Shown here: piece after piece, positions 43,616-53,379 of the stretch
Layout: each line of letters begins with the position of its first letter
How positions within the stretch are numbered: the first letter of the stretch is position 1
DNA from: Candidatus Woesearchaeota archaeon
GTDB taxonomy: Archaea; Nanobdellota; Nanobdellia; Pacearchaeales; GW2011-AR1
NCBI GenBank assembly: GCA_964408235.1
Contig: CAYOYN010000003.1
Location: 20,295 to 84,294, forward strand
Reading direction: 5' to 3'
DNA: 64,000 bases
The notes under the pieces: generated by a model
What the model was told of the DNA's origin: nothing
Databases searched by the model: none
What the model saw: the letters and a program-made list of their open reading frames with translations, nothing else
Program-made: the position numbers and the translations under genes

Positions 43616-43884
43616 TGCTAAAATTAAAACCTTCTGCCAGAGATAATAAAAGATACCTCTTAATTAAAGGAAAGAGAAGCTCTATAGAAAAAGCAATTCT
43701 AGAATTTATAGGTGTATTGGGTTGGGCAGAAGCGACCCCAGTATTTGTTTCTGAAGTTGCCGATGAAGTTATTCTTGCAGTAAACAATAAGTCTTTGAAT
43801 AATGTCAAGGCAGCATTTGCTCTTGCAAAAGATGAATTAAAAGTTTTGAAAGTTTCAGGAACTCTAAAAGGCTTGAATAAATAG
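43615..43884 (+). CDS. RNase P protein component Pop5 (Rpp14), short form
   Basis: LKPSARDNKRYLLIKG at the N-terminus and LKVSGTLKGL at the C-terminus match the conserved ends of archaeal Pop5. The ATG overlaps the protease stop (TAATG). Confidence 0.75.
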   Translation: MLKLKPSARDNKRYLLIKGKRSSIEKAILEFIGVLGWAEATPVFVSEVADEVILAVNNKSLNNVKAAFALAKDELKVLKVSGTLKGLNK

Positions 43885-44077
43885 GCTTAAAAACGGATAA
43901 TTTTTAGAAAATTTATGAATAAAAAGTTTAGAAATTCAATGTATTCAGGACCTGCTGTAGATATATGTAGACCTTATGATTTTGCAGAATTAGTTTAAGC
44001 ATAGTAAATTTTAAATAGACCTTATTCTCAAAGCAGTTATCTAAAAGAGATTTTTAATCAATAAGGAACACAATAAA

Positions 44078-44803
44078 ATGGATATGCCAACAGAAATGCA
44101 ACATCAAGCAATGGGCTATGACAGAGCCGCTACAATGTTTTCCCCTGAGGGACATCTTCTACAAGTTGAATATGCTGAAAAAACTGTAAAATTAGGAAGT
44201 AATAGTGTAGGAGTTGTTTGTAAGGACGGAGTAATAATTGTAGCAGATAAAAGAATTAGAGACAATTTGATTGCTCCTGAATCTGCTGTTAAAGTTTTTG
44301 AAGTGGATGAACATGTCATGGCTACTGCTGCTGGAATAGCTTCTGATGCTAGAGTTTTAGTTGACAGAGCGAGACTTCTTTCTCAACAGCATAGAGTTTC
44401 ATATGGAACACCTATTGATCCTATTTCTGTAATCCAAATGATTGCAGACAATAAACAAGCATATACTCAATATGGAGGTTCTAGACCTTACGGAGTTGCA
44501 GTAATGATTGCCGGAGTTTCTAAAGGGCGAGGACACTTATACACTTCAGATATTACAGGAAACTTCTTTGCTTACAAAGCTAACTCAATAGGAGAAAATG
44601 ATGAACAAGTCAAAGAAGAATTAAGGAAGGGAGTTAATGAAAATATGACTATGGAAGAAGGAGTAAAATTTGTTATGAAAATATTTAAGGATTTATTAGG
44701 TAAGAATTTTGAACTCGCAAGATTTGATGTTGGAATGATTCCTTTGAAAGAAGGAAAACTAGTTAGATTACACGGCGAAGATCTTAGAAAATTTATTAAG
44801 TGA
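44078..44803 (+). CDS. psmA: Proteasome alpha subunit
   Basis: YDRAATMFSPEGHLLQVEYA N-terminal signature. 241 aa. Confidence 0.95.
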   Translation: MDMPTEMQHQAMGYDRAATMFSPEGHLLQVEYAEKTVKLGSNSVGVVCKDGVIIVADKRIRDNLIAPESAVKVFEVDEHVMATAAGIASDARVLVDRARLLSQQHRVSYGTPIDPISVIQMIADNKQAYTQYGGSRPYGVAVMIAGVSKGRGHLYTSDITGNFFAYKANSIGENDEQVKEELRKGVNENMTMEEGVKFVMKIFKDLLGKNFELARFDVGMIPLKEGKLVRLHGEDLRKFIK

Positions 44804-44818
44804 TATAAAAAAGTAGAA

Positions 44819-45151
44819 TTATCTTTTTGATGCTTTACTTGCGTGAACCAAATACATTCTTACTGCATCTTCGAAAGAATCTTTTGATTCTAGAGCCATA
44901 GGTTCTTCTGAACGTGGATCAAACTCCACTCTAATCCTGCCATCATCTTCTCTTATAATTAATCCTGAATCTTTTGAATATCTAGACCCGATTCTATAAT
45001 TTCCAGATTTATAAGTCACAAGATCTCTTAATACTTCACCCGGAAATTTTAGCATTGATGCTTCGAAGGTTTTTGTTACATCTCCGCAATATCTTTGATA
45101 CATTGTATGGAGATACCTCAAATGTTCTACATCTAATTCTTCTAATTTCAT
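44819..45151 (-). CDS. Hypothetical protein (110 aa)
   Basis: ORF on the opposite strand between psmA and the SBDS gene. No motif recognised. Confidence 0.45.
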   Translation of the reverse strand: MKLEELDVEHLRYLHTMYQRYCGDVTKTFEASMLKFPGEVLRDLVTYKSGNYRIGSRYSKDSGLIIREDDGRIRVEFDPRSEEPMALESKDSFEDAVRMYLVHASKASKR

Positions 45152-45211
45152 GGGTAACTTTTCCGTAAAGTCCCTTTTAAAACCTTTTTAGTGTCTGGAC
45201 GAGCAAGAATC

Positions 45212-45219
45212 TTTAAAAA
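45212..45219 (+). promoter_or_regulatory. TATA-like box
   Basis: TTTAAAAA ends 22 nt before ATG 45241. Confidence 0.45.
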
Positions 45220-45240
45220 CAGCTATTCCTCAAGATAAAT

Positions 45241-45909
45241 ATGGCAACAGTTGAAGCACGCATTAAAGTTAAAGGAAAACAATTTGAAATTTCCGTTGAT
45301 TTAGATGAAGCTTTGAAAGTCAAGGCAGGTAATGGAAATGTTTCTTCTGCCTTAAACATGCCTTCAATTTATACTGATTTAAAGAAGGGATTTGCTGCAT
45401 CTAAAGCAGAATTGAATGCTGCTTTTGATACTGAGGATGTATACAAGATAGCTGAAATGATTATGAAGAAAGGAGAGATACAGAAAAATCAGGAGTTTAG
45501 AGATGCTGAACGTGAAAAGAAAGTAAAACAAGTTATCGATTTAATTTTACGTAACTCTGTAGACCAACATGGAAGACCTTACACTGAAGAAAGAATAAGA
45601 AAAGCGATAAATGAAGTACATTTTAACTTTGATAATAGACCTGCTGAAGCACAAATGCCTGAATTGATTACTAAATTAGCTACTGTAATCCCTATAAGAG
45701 TTGAGACTAAGAAAATCAAATTGATTATTCCTGCTAGATTCAGCGCACAAGTTTATGGAATGCTTAAAGATTACAAGGAAAGCGAAGAATGGCTTTCAAA
45801 CGGAGACTTACAAGTTATCATGAATATACCTTCAGGACTACAAATTGACTTTTATGATAAGTTGAATTCTGTTACTCGTGGCGCAGTTGTTAGCCAAGAA
45901 ATGAATTAA
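45241..45909 (+). CDS. SBDS/Sdo1-family ribosome maturation protein
   Basis: 222 aa. N-terminal FYSH-domain pattern ARIKVKGKQFEISVDLDEALKVKAG and a three-domain length. Confidence 0.85.
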   Translation: MATVEARIKVKGKQFEISVDLDEALKVKAGNGNVSSALNMPSIYTDLKKGFAASKAELNAAFDTEDVYKIAEMIMKKGEIQKNQEFRDAEREKKVKQVIDLILRNSVDQHGRPYTEERIRKAINEVHFNFDNRPAEAQMPELITKLATVIPIRVETKKIKLIIPARFSAQVYGMLKDYKESEEWLSNGDLQVIMNIPSGLQIDFYDKLNSVTRGAVVSQEMN

Positions 45910-45924
45910 ATTTTAATTTTTAAA

Positions 45925-46242
45925 ATGGCAAATATTTATTCTGATGATGTCAAGTCCGCAATTTGTGGAGGAATATTTACATTAAGCGTTATAGGATTTC
46001 TTTGGCATAGTTCGTACATGGATGCTAAGAAAACTGAAATCTATCAAAAAATAGACCGATCTATTTCTGGACTAGATCATATGCCTGAAACAACAAGCTT
46101 AACTGATTGGAATATTGCTTACCAAAGAGGAATTGGTAGGGAATTGAAGCTTGGAGAACACCCCCTTGAATCTAATTTAGAAGACTTAGTAAAGATCGAA
46201 ACTAACTTAGCAAGCATACTATCTACTAACTGGATGAAGTGA
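45925..46242 (+). CDS. Hypothetical N-terminally anchored protein (pair member A1)
   Basis: TM ICGGIFTLSVIGFLW, then a ...TDWNIAYQ...LEDLVKIETNLASIL pattern shared with the next ORF. Confidence 0.5.
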   Translation: MANIYSDDVKSAICGGIFTLSVIGFLWHSSYMDAKKTEIYQKIDRSISGLDHMPETTSLTDWNIAYQRGIGRELKLGEHPLESNLEDLVKIETNLASILSTNWMK

Positions 46243-46306
46243 TGTTACTACTACAAATTACAACATCACAAAGGTTTAAATAAGGTAAATTTAGGTCACT
46301 TCTACA

Positions 46307-46603
46307 ATGAGTTTAAGAAAATCTGCAATAATCACTTCAAGTATTGTAGCTTTAGCTACATCTGTAAGTGTGCCTGTTTCAAGGTATCTTTACGATCAAA
46401 GAGAAAAAGCAATAGCAAGAATTACTGAAAATATAAGAAATTTTGATGGAAACCCTGAAATTTCAGAAAGAGATTGGGAAATACTTTATATGAAACTTGG
46501 AGAAGGTTATGCTAATAAGCAACATAAACATGGAACTCATCTTAAGGCATTATATGAGATAGAAGAAAGACTTCCTCAAATAATGGAAGAAATGAGAAGA
46601 TAA
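46307..46603 (+). CDS. Hypothetical N-terminally anchored protein (pair member A2)
   Basis: Hydrophobic N-terminus, then ...RDWEILYM...LKALYEIEERLPQIM. TTTAAATA lies 25 nt upstream of the ATG. Confidence 0.5.
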   Translation: MSLRKSAIITSSIVALATSVSVPVSRYLYDQREKAIARITENIRNFDGNPEISERDWEILYMKLGEGYANKQHKHGTHLKALYEIEERLPQIMEEMRR

Positions 46604-46604
46604 C

Positions 46605-47090
46605 TTAACGAATATCTCTTTGCGCACTCAAATATCTTCCCACTAGATTGACTTTATCTACAAAACTTTCTGGAAAATGTGTTAAAAGATAGGACAATGC
46701 CCTTTTTCTGGAATTGTAGTCTATTGGCAATGGATGAGGGGTAAACTTAGCACCATTTAGAACTCTTGGTAATAAAGAAAAAGAATAATCTAACATATTT
46801 TTTTGTTTCGCACTTAAACCTAAATCATCAATATCTTTTTTATGAGCTCTTTCCATTCTTGTTAATTGAGCAGCCCAATTATGAGATGGCCTTATCAGAA
46901 TATCTTCTAAATCGACCGTTTTTCCATAAAAAAATGGTTCACTAGTTATTTTAGGACCTTCATCTGGAACTGCAAACTCTACATAAATCCTCTTTAATGA
47001 TTCAATATCTATCTGTGCTTCCAGGCAGGCAAGACCGTACAATCCTTCTTTTTCTTCAACTGCTCTTAATTTGAATGATCCTCTAAACAT
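46605..47090 (-). CDS. Hypothetical protein (161 aa)
   Basis: ORF only. No motif recognised. Confidence 0.5.
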   Translation of the reverse strand: MFRGSFKLRAVEEKEGLYGLACLEAQIDIESLKRIYVEFAVPDEGPKITSEPFFYGKTVDLEDILIRPSHNWAAQLTRMERAHKKDIDDLGLSAKQKNMLDYSFSLLPRVLNGAKFTPHPLPIDYNSRKRALSYLLTHFPESFVDKVNLVGRYLSAQRDIR

Positions 47091-47144
47091 GAGAGCTTGA
47101 ATAAAAGATATGCATTTATAAGATTTTCTAAAAAAACAACAATC

Positions 47145-47152
47145 TTTAAATA
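47145..47152 (+). promoter_or_regulatory. TATA-like box
   Basis: TTTAAATA ends 23 nt before ATG 47175. Confidence 0.45.
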
Positions 47153-47174
47153 AAATATAAATCCGAAAAGAAAA

Positions 47175-47507
47175 ATGGCAAAAAGAGTTAGATTAGATAG
47201 ATTTAGTGTTGATCAAGCAGATGAACTTTTTAGAAGAAATAGAATGAATATTTATGGACAGGAACAATTCATAGATCTTTACGGTAAAAACGGAGATGAT
47301 TTTTCACACATATGGTTTGAAGAATTAGAATTTAGGGCGAGACTAGTGGATAATAGGGCATTAACTGAAGTTAGTGGGAGATATTGTGTAAAAAAGAATC
47401 TTGATGGAAAAAGAGAAAGATACGAGAAAGAATTTAGAGGATTAGAAGACGAAAAGCTTCAAGTCACAAGAGAAGGCCCGTATAAATTGAGATATCGAAG
47501 AAAATAG
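47175..47507 (+). CDS. Hypothetical basic protein (pair member B1)
   Basis: Shares W.E.L...V...E.SGRYC...ER...GPYK.R with the next ORF. Confidence 0.5.
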   Translation: MAKRVRLDRFSVDQADELFRRNRMNIYGQEQFIDLYGKNGDDFSHIWFEELEFRARLVDNRALTEVSGRYCVKKNLDGKRERYEKEFRGLEDEKLQVTREGPYKLRYRRK

Positions 47508-47549
47508 CATTGCAAAGATTTTTAAGAGGGATTAAATTTTTTCTGCTCC

Positions 47550-47930
47550 ATGGGTCTATCAAAAACGTTAAGAAGATTAACCGGACGAGAACAAAGAACA
47601 AGAGTACCTAGACTTTATGCAAGCGATCCGAGATTTAGAGAAATTTGTGGAAGAATGGGTGTTGATGTAGAAAGTAATAGCCATATATTTTCTCACTTAT
47701 CTGGAGGAAATATGCCTGCAGGAGTTTGGGTCGAAGATCTTAGACATGAACTTGTAGAATCTGTAAGTGGCATTGCAGAGATAGTGAGTGGGAGATACTG
47801 TTTTACTGAAACTGGTAGAATATTGGAAAGAGATAAAAATGCTTCAGAGATTGAATTTTACGGACCTTACAAACATAGAAGATTAATTAGTGGTTCAGTA
47901 ATGCCTTATACACAGAGATATGTTAATTGA
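47550..47930 (+). CDS. Hypothetical basic protein (pair member B2)
   Basis: VWVEDLRHELVES...IVSGRYCFTE...FYGPYKHRR. Paralog of 47175..47507. Confidence 0.5.
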   Translation: MGLSKTLRRLTGREQRTRVPRLYASDPRFREICGRMGVDVESNSHIFSHLSGGNMPAGVWVEDLRHELVESVSGIAEIVSGRYCFTETGRILERDKNASEIEFYGPYKHRRLISGSVMPYTQRYVN

Positions 47931-49311
47931 TTTTACAACCATAGACTTTGATTGATGGATTTTCCTCAATTAAATAACAATTAGATTTGATTTTGTCTAT
48001 TTTTTCTCTTTGGCTTGGACCTAATTTAGAATACGCAAAATAATCTTCTAAGAAAATGAAACCTTTTTCTTGATTGGCCCAAACAGTTGAACCTGTGTAT
48101 GAATCAACTCCTTTGTATAACGCATATCCAGACTCTAAGCCGTTTAAAGAAAATGGAATGATATAATCGGGTTTCTTTAGATACCATTCCACTCCTGGAG
48201 AAGATAATACGACTAAAGGATTATTCAAAATTAACTGTTTTGTGCTTTGATTTATTGATTCATAATCAATAACTGGTTCGGTTGATGTATAAGATGAAAT
48301 TATTTCTGGTTTTATAACTGTGATATAATTATAATCAAAAAATAGATTTGAGGGATATAATATTGCTAGAATGACTACTGCAACTCCTATTAACTTGTTT
48401 GTCTTATAGATATTTGAGAAAACTGCTGAAACGAATAGGATGATTGATAGGGTGACAAAATAGGCGTATCTTAATGCAAAAACCTTAACAAAGAATAAAC
48501 CTGAGAACATAATTAGAGAAGGTAGCAATAAGAGGTATAACATCCTCTTATTTATTTTATATGCATAAGGTATTCCCAATAATGAGATTATAGCAAATGC
48601 CCTTAAGCTATTAAAAATTTTAGAAGTATACTCTTCTGCATATACACTTCCGGTTGAAGTTGCACCTAAACCAAGTAAGGATGAACCAAAATATAATGAG
48701 ACTAATATAGGAATTATGAATAATTTTAGATCTTTATGCTCTTTATAAAAAACAAAAAGGAAAAATGGCACTAAAACCAATCCGGCTATTTGTGTTTGGA
48801 CGGTAATTAATAGTGAAATTGAGGCTAGATATGCATATTTCTTATTTTTCTTAGATTTGTAAAGCAAAAAGATCGTTAAGAAAAAGAGGAACTGAAAAGC
48901 TTGGTAGAATCTTGCTTGCCTTGAGTAAACAACTTCTAAAAATAAAAATGCTGTAAATAAGGCAGCAATAATTCCTGTTTCCTTATTGAACTCTTTTCCT
49001 ATGAAAAAAGCTAATAAAACTGTTCCTAAACCGAAAAGAACTGATACAAATCTTACTGCAAAATCATTTGGCCCAAAAAAGGCTATGAAAATTGCTTGAA
49101 TGTAATGAAATACTAATGCTCTTGAATAAAACAAGCCCGAATCTAAAATTGGGATGCCTTTTTCTACTATCTTTTTTGAGGCTAAAGAGGATATGGTTTC
49201 ATCAAACCATAGGGGGCTTGCGCCTAAGTGATAAACTCTTAGAATTAAAGCATAAAGTAGAATTAAGACGATTCCTATTACAACAGGTTTATCTTTTAGA
49301 GACTTTAACAT
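47923..49311 (-). CDS. GT-C fold membrane glycosyltransferase, GT39/ArnT/PMT-like
   Basis: 462 aa with more than 10 TM segments. First-loop motif SPLWFDETISS (the DE motif of the ArnT/PMT family) and a C-terminal soluble domain. Confidence 0.7.
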   Translation of the reverse strand: MLKSLKDKPVVIGIVLILLYALILRVYHLGASPLWFDETISSLASKKIVEKGIPILDSGLFYSRALVFHYIQAIFIAFFGPNDFAVRFVSVLFGLGTVLLAFFIGKEFNKETGIIAALFTAFLFLEVVYSRQARFYQAFQFLFFLTIFLLYKSKKNKKYAYLASISLLITVQTQIAGLVLVPFFLFVFYKEHKDLKLFIIPILVSLYFGSSLLGLGATSTGSVYAEEYTSKIFNSLRAFAIISLLGIPYAYKINKRMLYLLLLPSLIMFSGLFFVKVFALRYAYFVTLSIILFVSAVFSNIYKTNKLIGVAVVILAILYPSNLFFDYNYITVIKPEIISSYTSTEPVIDYESINQSTKQLILNNPLVVLSSPGVEWYLKKPDYIIPFSLNGLESGYALYKGVDSYTGSTVWANQEKGFIFLEDYFAYSKLGPSQREKIDKIKSNCYLIEENPSIKVYGCKIN

Positions 49312-49363
49312 AGCAAAATTGGGAGATAAATGCTTAAAAACATGAGCTTGGTCTTATATTGGA

Positions 49364-49498
49364 ATGGCTAAGAGGTATGGTCCGGATAATGAGTGGGATG
49401 AAAAGGTTAAGCTAAGTAAGTCTAAGAAAGAGATAAGCAATATGGATATGAGTGATGTTGAGAAAAAGATTGCAGAATTTAGGAATAAATTGAACTAA
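49364..49498 (+). CDS. Small ORF (44 aa), below the ORF-track cutoff
   Basis: MAKRYGPDNEWDEKVKLSKSKKEISNMDMSDVEKKIAEFRNKLN*. A CTTAAAAA box ends about 23 nt before the ATG. Confidence 0.3.
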   Translation: MAKRYGPDNEWDEKVKLSKSKKEISNMDMSDVEKKIAEFRNKLN

Positions 49499-49545
49499 TT
49501 TTTTAGATACAAATCCTTAAAAAACATCTCTTAAGACTATTTTGT

Positions 49546-50700
49546 ATGGATGACATATCAAGAAGAAGGCAAGAGGACTGGGAAAGAAGTCTTGCCTCTT
49601 GGAAAAATAAACAAAACAAAGAAGCAATGTATAAACCAGTATCTCATCATGTAAGTCATTCCCCTAAAGGACCTCATGAAGGAAATAGTTTTCTAACTAA
49701 GTTTTTGATTTTCTTGGCCTTTGCAATTCCTGTTGCTATACTAGGGTATGCCTTGTATGTCAATTATTTACCTTTTGGATATGAAAAAACATTTGATATT
49801 ATGATAGATGAATCTGGAACAATATCTCCATTGTCTAATGAATTTTATCTTACAAACGCTCAAGGAAAAAAACTTCTTACATTAGCTAATGGAGTGCAAG
49901 GTCAAGTTAATTTAGTAATTGAGCCTAAAGTTGCTTTGAAGAATGCGATCGTAAATGTGAATGTTGAAGGCGAGGGAGTTGGTTTTGCAAGTTATCCTGA
50001 AACTAATGCTATGAGATGGGCTTATGATTGGGCATTTGACCAAACAGTTAATTCTGATTTTACAGGTGACGCTACATACAATATTGAAGAAGCATGCACC
50101 CATTTTAACGCTTACAATGAACAGACTCTTTCTCTTCCTAACTCAAAGGATCTATTTGAGTCTGGACCAATGTCCATCTATGTAAAATGGAAACCTAGTT
50201 CTGTTAGCCCATTAATAGGAAACAATCAGCAAGTTGTAGGACATTATAATTGGGAATTCTGGCAAAATACAAACAGTGTACAGTTTAGAGTTGGAAGAAT
50301 GAATGATGCTAATGGGACCTCATACTCTGTAACTTATCCAATAGATCAAGACTTTTTCAACAAGCCTCATGAAGCTTTAGCAATATATTTCCCAGATACA
50401 GAAGGTAAAGGCTACATTGAATTGTGGATTGATGGAAAGATCGCTGGAAGAACTTCAATTGGAAGTGATGTAATATATGCAGATTACAACTCTGAAAAAG
50501 ACTTATCCTTAGGATGGAGCTCACACAACTTCGGAGAAAACCCTCATTTTGATGGATGTATTTACAACATCAAAATAGCACAGGAGTTACTCGTAAATGA
50601 AGGAAAAACATTTGAGAATCAAGGAGTTAGCGGACAGGCAGTCATTCCAATAATAGGAAATGGTAGATTAACATCTATTCACGCTATTGTAAGTCAATGA
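49546..50700 (+). CDS. Membrane-anchored LamG / concanavalin-A-like lectin-domain protein
   Basis: N-terminal cytoplasmic region, TM FLIFLAFAIPVAILGYALYV, and a C-terminal pattern SIYVKWKP...VGHYNWEFWQ...VQFRVGR...ELWIDGK typical of Laminin_G_3-type domains. Confidence 0.6.
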   Translation: MDDISRRRQEDWERSLASWKNKQNKEAMYKPVSHHVSHSPKGPHEGNSFLTKFLIFLAFAIPVAILGYALYVNYLPFGYEKTFDIMIDESGTISPLSNEFYLTNAQGKKLLTLANGVQGQVNLVIEPKVALKNAIVNVNVEGEGVGFASYPETNAMRWAYDWAFDQTVNSDFTGDATYNIEEACTHFNAYNEQTLSLPNSKDLFESGPMSIYVKWKPSSVSPLIGNNQQVVGHYNWEFWQNTNSVQFRVGRMNDANGTSYSVTYPIDQDFFNKPHEALAIYFPDTEGKGYIELWIDGKIAGRTSIGSDVIYADYNSEKDLSLGWSSHNFGENPHFDGCIYNIKIAQELLVNEGKTFENQGVSGQAVIPIIGNGRLTSIHAIVSQ

Positions 50701-52661
50701 ATTCTCACTTGAATAAAATTGGATATTTATTATTTCTAAATTTATCTATAATCTCAGGAATTTTAATTGCCCTTAACTTGTTTGGAATAATCGATACTAA
50801 ATTCATAGCATCAAACAATACATTTAGCGCTTTTCTAATAATATTTTTGACAGGAATGATATTCTGTAAGTACAATTTAGATGAACATTATCATAGATAT
50901 AACTCATTTGCAAGATCTATTGTAGACTCTTCACAATATTTTTTCATTTCTTTATTAATTTTAATTGCGGCAAATCAATTTCTAAAACTCGATATTTTAT
51001 CAAATAGAATCCTAATGTTGACAGCAACCGCAATAGGCTTTGGTTTCCTAACTTTCTACAAAAACAGAGATGGAGTAGAAAAAGAAATAGAAGAGGAAAA
51101 GCAGAAGGAAGAAGATGAAGAAAAACAAAGATATCATGATTTTGAATACAAATTTCAGAACATAAACAGAATTCCAATTTTGAGAAATATTGTTAGATGG
51201 ATGTATAAGGAAGGCTGGTTTTATTCAGTTGGCTTGATTTTGATCTTTCTAATAGGGATTATTCTTTATTCTCATAATCTAGGCGAACAATATATGTGGA
51301 CTGACGAAGTTTATTCATTTATTTCGGCGCAAATGATAATTGAGAAGGGAATTCCTTTGTTTGACTCAGGTTTTTTATATAATAGTGCATTGTTTTACCA
51401 TTATCTTTTAGCGGCTGTTATTTTTATTTTTGGATCAGAACAATTTTATGGAAGATTCATTAACATATTTTTTAATATTGGTACATCTTTGTTAATTTAC
51501 TATTTTCTAAAAAGAGAAAATAAAAAAGTGGCGATCTTTGGAGTGATTTTATTTTTAATAATGAATATAACTCTTGCAATGTCCAGGGAGACTAGAATGT
51601 ACTCCACATTCTCTTTTTTATTTTTAGCATTAATTAGTTTATTCTATTTTTTAGACAATAAATTAGAGAACTCTAAAATAAGAGATAATTATTTATTAAT
51701 AATAACTTTCTTGACTATTGGATATCTTACTTATCAAACAAACGGTCTTGTAGTAACGCTTATTTTTGGAGCTATGTTATTTTACATAGCTTCGATAGTT
51801 AAATATGGTTTAAATCCTAAAAAATTAATTTTCCTTGTAATAACTGTTGCATTCATCTTTTTAGGGGCAATTATTATGTATGGTACAGTTAATGTTAAAG
51901 AGGCCTATTTTGATAAAACCACTCTAGATTGGGCCAAAAATAAAGAAATAAAAAGCGATTATTACCTTAATATATTGGATAAAAATTATCTTTTATACTT
52001 ATTAGTTTTACCTTTATCAATTATAACTTTTTTATCTACCAGGAATAAGAAATATAATCTAGTCTTTTGTGTGCTATTTGCAGGATTGATTTTAATATCC
52101 TATCAAAGACAATTACAAGAGAGGTATCTTTACTTCTTGATGCCCTCTTTAATTATAGTTACTTGTTTTGCACTAATTAACTTTTTCAAAGTTTTCAGCA
52201 AGAATAAGCAAATTAAAATTATAAGTTTATTATTTATTGCATTATTAGTGTTTTTTCAATTTTCTTTATTTTTTAAAGAAATTGGAGAGATTGATACATT
52301 TACCCAAGATTCAATTAGTAAACATAAAAAATATGAGTTTAATAAAGTCATTAATTTTACTAAAAATATAGATTATAATGAATATTTAATATTTGGAGAT
52401 TGGCATTCCTCATCCACGCTTTATAGCCAAGGAATTGTAGTGGATTATATTTTATTACCTGCTGGGGATATAAGGGCCAATACCAATGACCCCTACTTTA
52501 ATATTAAATATATTGAATACGAAAGTAAAGAATATTCCGAGATTATTCGAAATGATAAAGTCTTATTAATCTTAAGAGACCCTCACCATTTTGATTTGGA
52601 AGATACGCCTCTAAAGAATCTTGGGGTCGCTAATATACCTGCAATATACTCAAATACTTAA
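50697..52661 (+). CDS. GT-C fold membrane glycosyltransferase, GT39/ArnT/PMT-like, with extra N-terminal TM module
   Basis: 654 aa. MWTDEVYSFIS DE-loop motif after about 190 aa of additional TMs and an acidic coil. ATGA overlap with the LamG gene. Confidence 0.7.
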   Translation: MNSHLNKIGYLLFLNLSIISGILIALNLFGIIDTKFIASNNTFSAFLIIFLTGMIFCKYNLDEHYHRYNSFARSIVDSSQYFFISLLILIAANQFLKLDILSNRILMLTATAIGFGFLTFYKNRDGVEKEIEEEKQKEEDEEKQRYHDFEYKFQNINRIPILRNIVRWMYKEGWFYSVGLILIFLIGIILYSHNLGEQYMWTDEVYSFISAQMIIEKGIPLFDSGFLYNSALFYHYLLAAVIFIFGSEQFYGRFINIFFNIGTSLLIYYFLKRENKKVAIFGVILFLIMNITLAMSRETRMYSTFSFLFLALISLFYFLDNKLENSKIRDNYLLIITFLTIGYLTYQTNGLVVTLIFGAMLFYIASIVKYGLNPKKLIFLVITVAFIFLGAIIMYGTVNVKEAYFDKTTLDWAKNKEIKSDYYLNILDKNYLLYLLVLPLSIITFLSTRNKKYNLVFCVLFAGLILISYQRQLQERYLYFLMPSLIIVTCFALINFFKVFSKNKQIKIISLLFIALLVFFQFSLFFKEIGEIDTFTQDSISKHKKYEFNKVINFTKNIDYNEYLIFGDWHSSSTLYSQGIVVDYILLPAGDIRANTNDPYFNIKYIEYESKEYSEIIRNDKVLLILRDPHHFDLEDTPLKNLGVANIPAIYSNT

Positions 52662-53379
52662 GTTTATTATGGAATAACTTTCTCCAATACATTTTTCTTG
52701 CTTCTCTTGCGGTACTAACTTGGGCCAGCCTATTTTTTCGAGTAATCGAAGTATTAACTATCCTATATTTCAATAGCTTTTCTTTTAAATTTTTTATAAT
52801 TTTCTCCTTTGATAATAGCCTCAAATAAAAGTCATAATCTTCTGCATATAACCTTGATTCATCATAAAATATTGATCCCTCTTTCCTGAACATTATTGTT
52901 GGATGATAAATACAATTTTTTATTGAAAGGGCAATTTTTATTAAATATGCTTTGGTTATTGGATTAAATTTTTTTATTACTTTTCCCATTTCATCAATTA
53001 TAAATGCTCCACTACCCAAAAGAAAAATTTTAGGATTATTTTCTAAATATCTGTGCTGAATCATTAACCTTTCGGGTAGTGATATATCATCCGCGTCCAT
53101 TCTTGCGATATACTTTCCCCTAGCCATTCTAATGCCAAGATTAAGATTTCTTATAAATCCCTTATAACCAATATTCTCCTTATTGTAAATAGGTATTATT
53201 CTTTTGTCTTTTTTGGCATATCTTTTGATAATCTCCTTGGTTTTATCTGCGGAACCATCTTCAAAGATAATAAACTCGAAATTTTTGAAAGTTTGAGTTA
53301 ATATCGATTCTATAGCTTCGGAGATATATTTTTCTGCATTATATGCAGACATTACAACTGAAATTTCAGGATTTTTCAT
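52630..53379 (-). CDS. Family 2 glycosyltransferase
   Basis: ISVVMSAYNAEKYI...FEFIIFEDGSAD...MDADDIS (DxD). Confidence 0.85.
   Translation of the reverse strand: MKNPEISVVMSAYNAEKYISEAIESILTQTFKNFEFIIFEDGSADKTKEIIKRYAKKDKRIIPIYNKENIGYKGFIRNLNLGIRMARGKYIARMDADDISLPERLMIQHRYLENNPKIFLLGSGAFIIDEMGKVIKKFNPITKAYLIKIALSIKNCIYHPTIMFRKEGSIFYDESRLYAEDYDFYLRLLSKEKIIKNLKEKLLKYRIVNTSITRKNRLAQVSTAREARKMYWRKLFHNKLKYLSILQVY

Noticed and set aside
43916-43999. 27-codon ORF (MNKKFRNSMYSGPAVDICRPYDFAELV) between Pop5 and psmA.
   Set aside because: It is too short, has no promoter box at the proper spacing and no hydrophobic or Cys-pair pattern. The region more likely holds the psmA promoter (gatttttaat box about 20 nt before ATG 44078).
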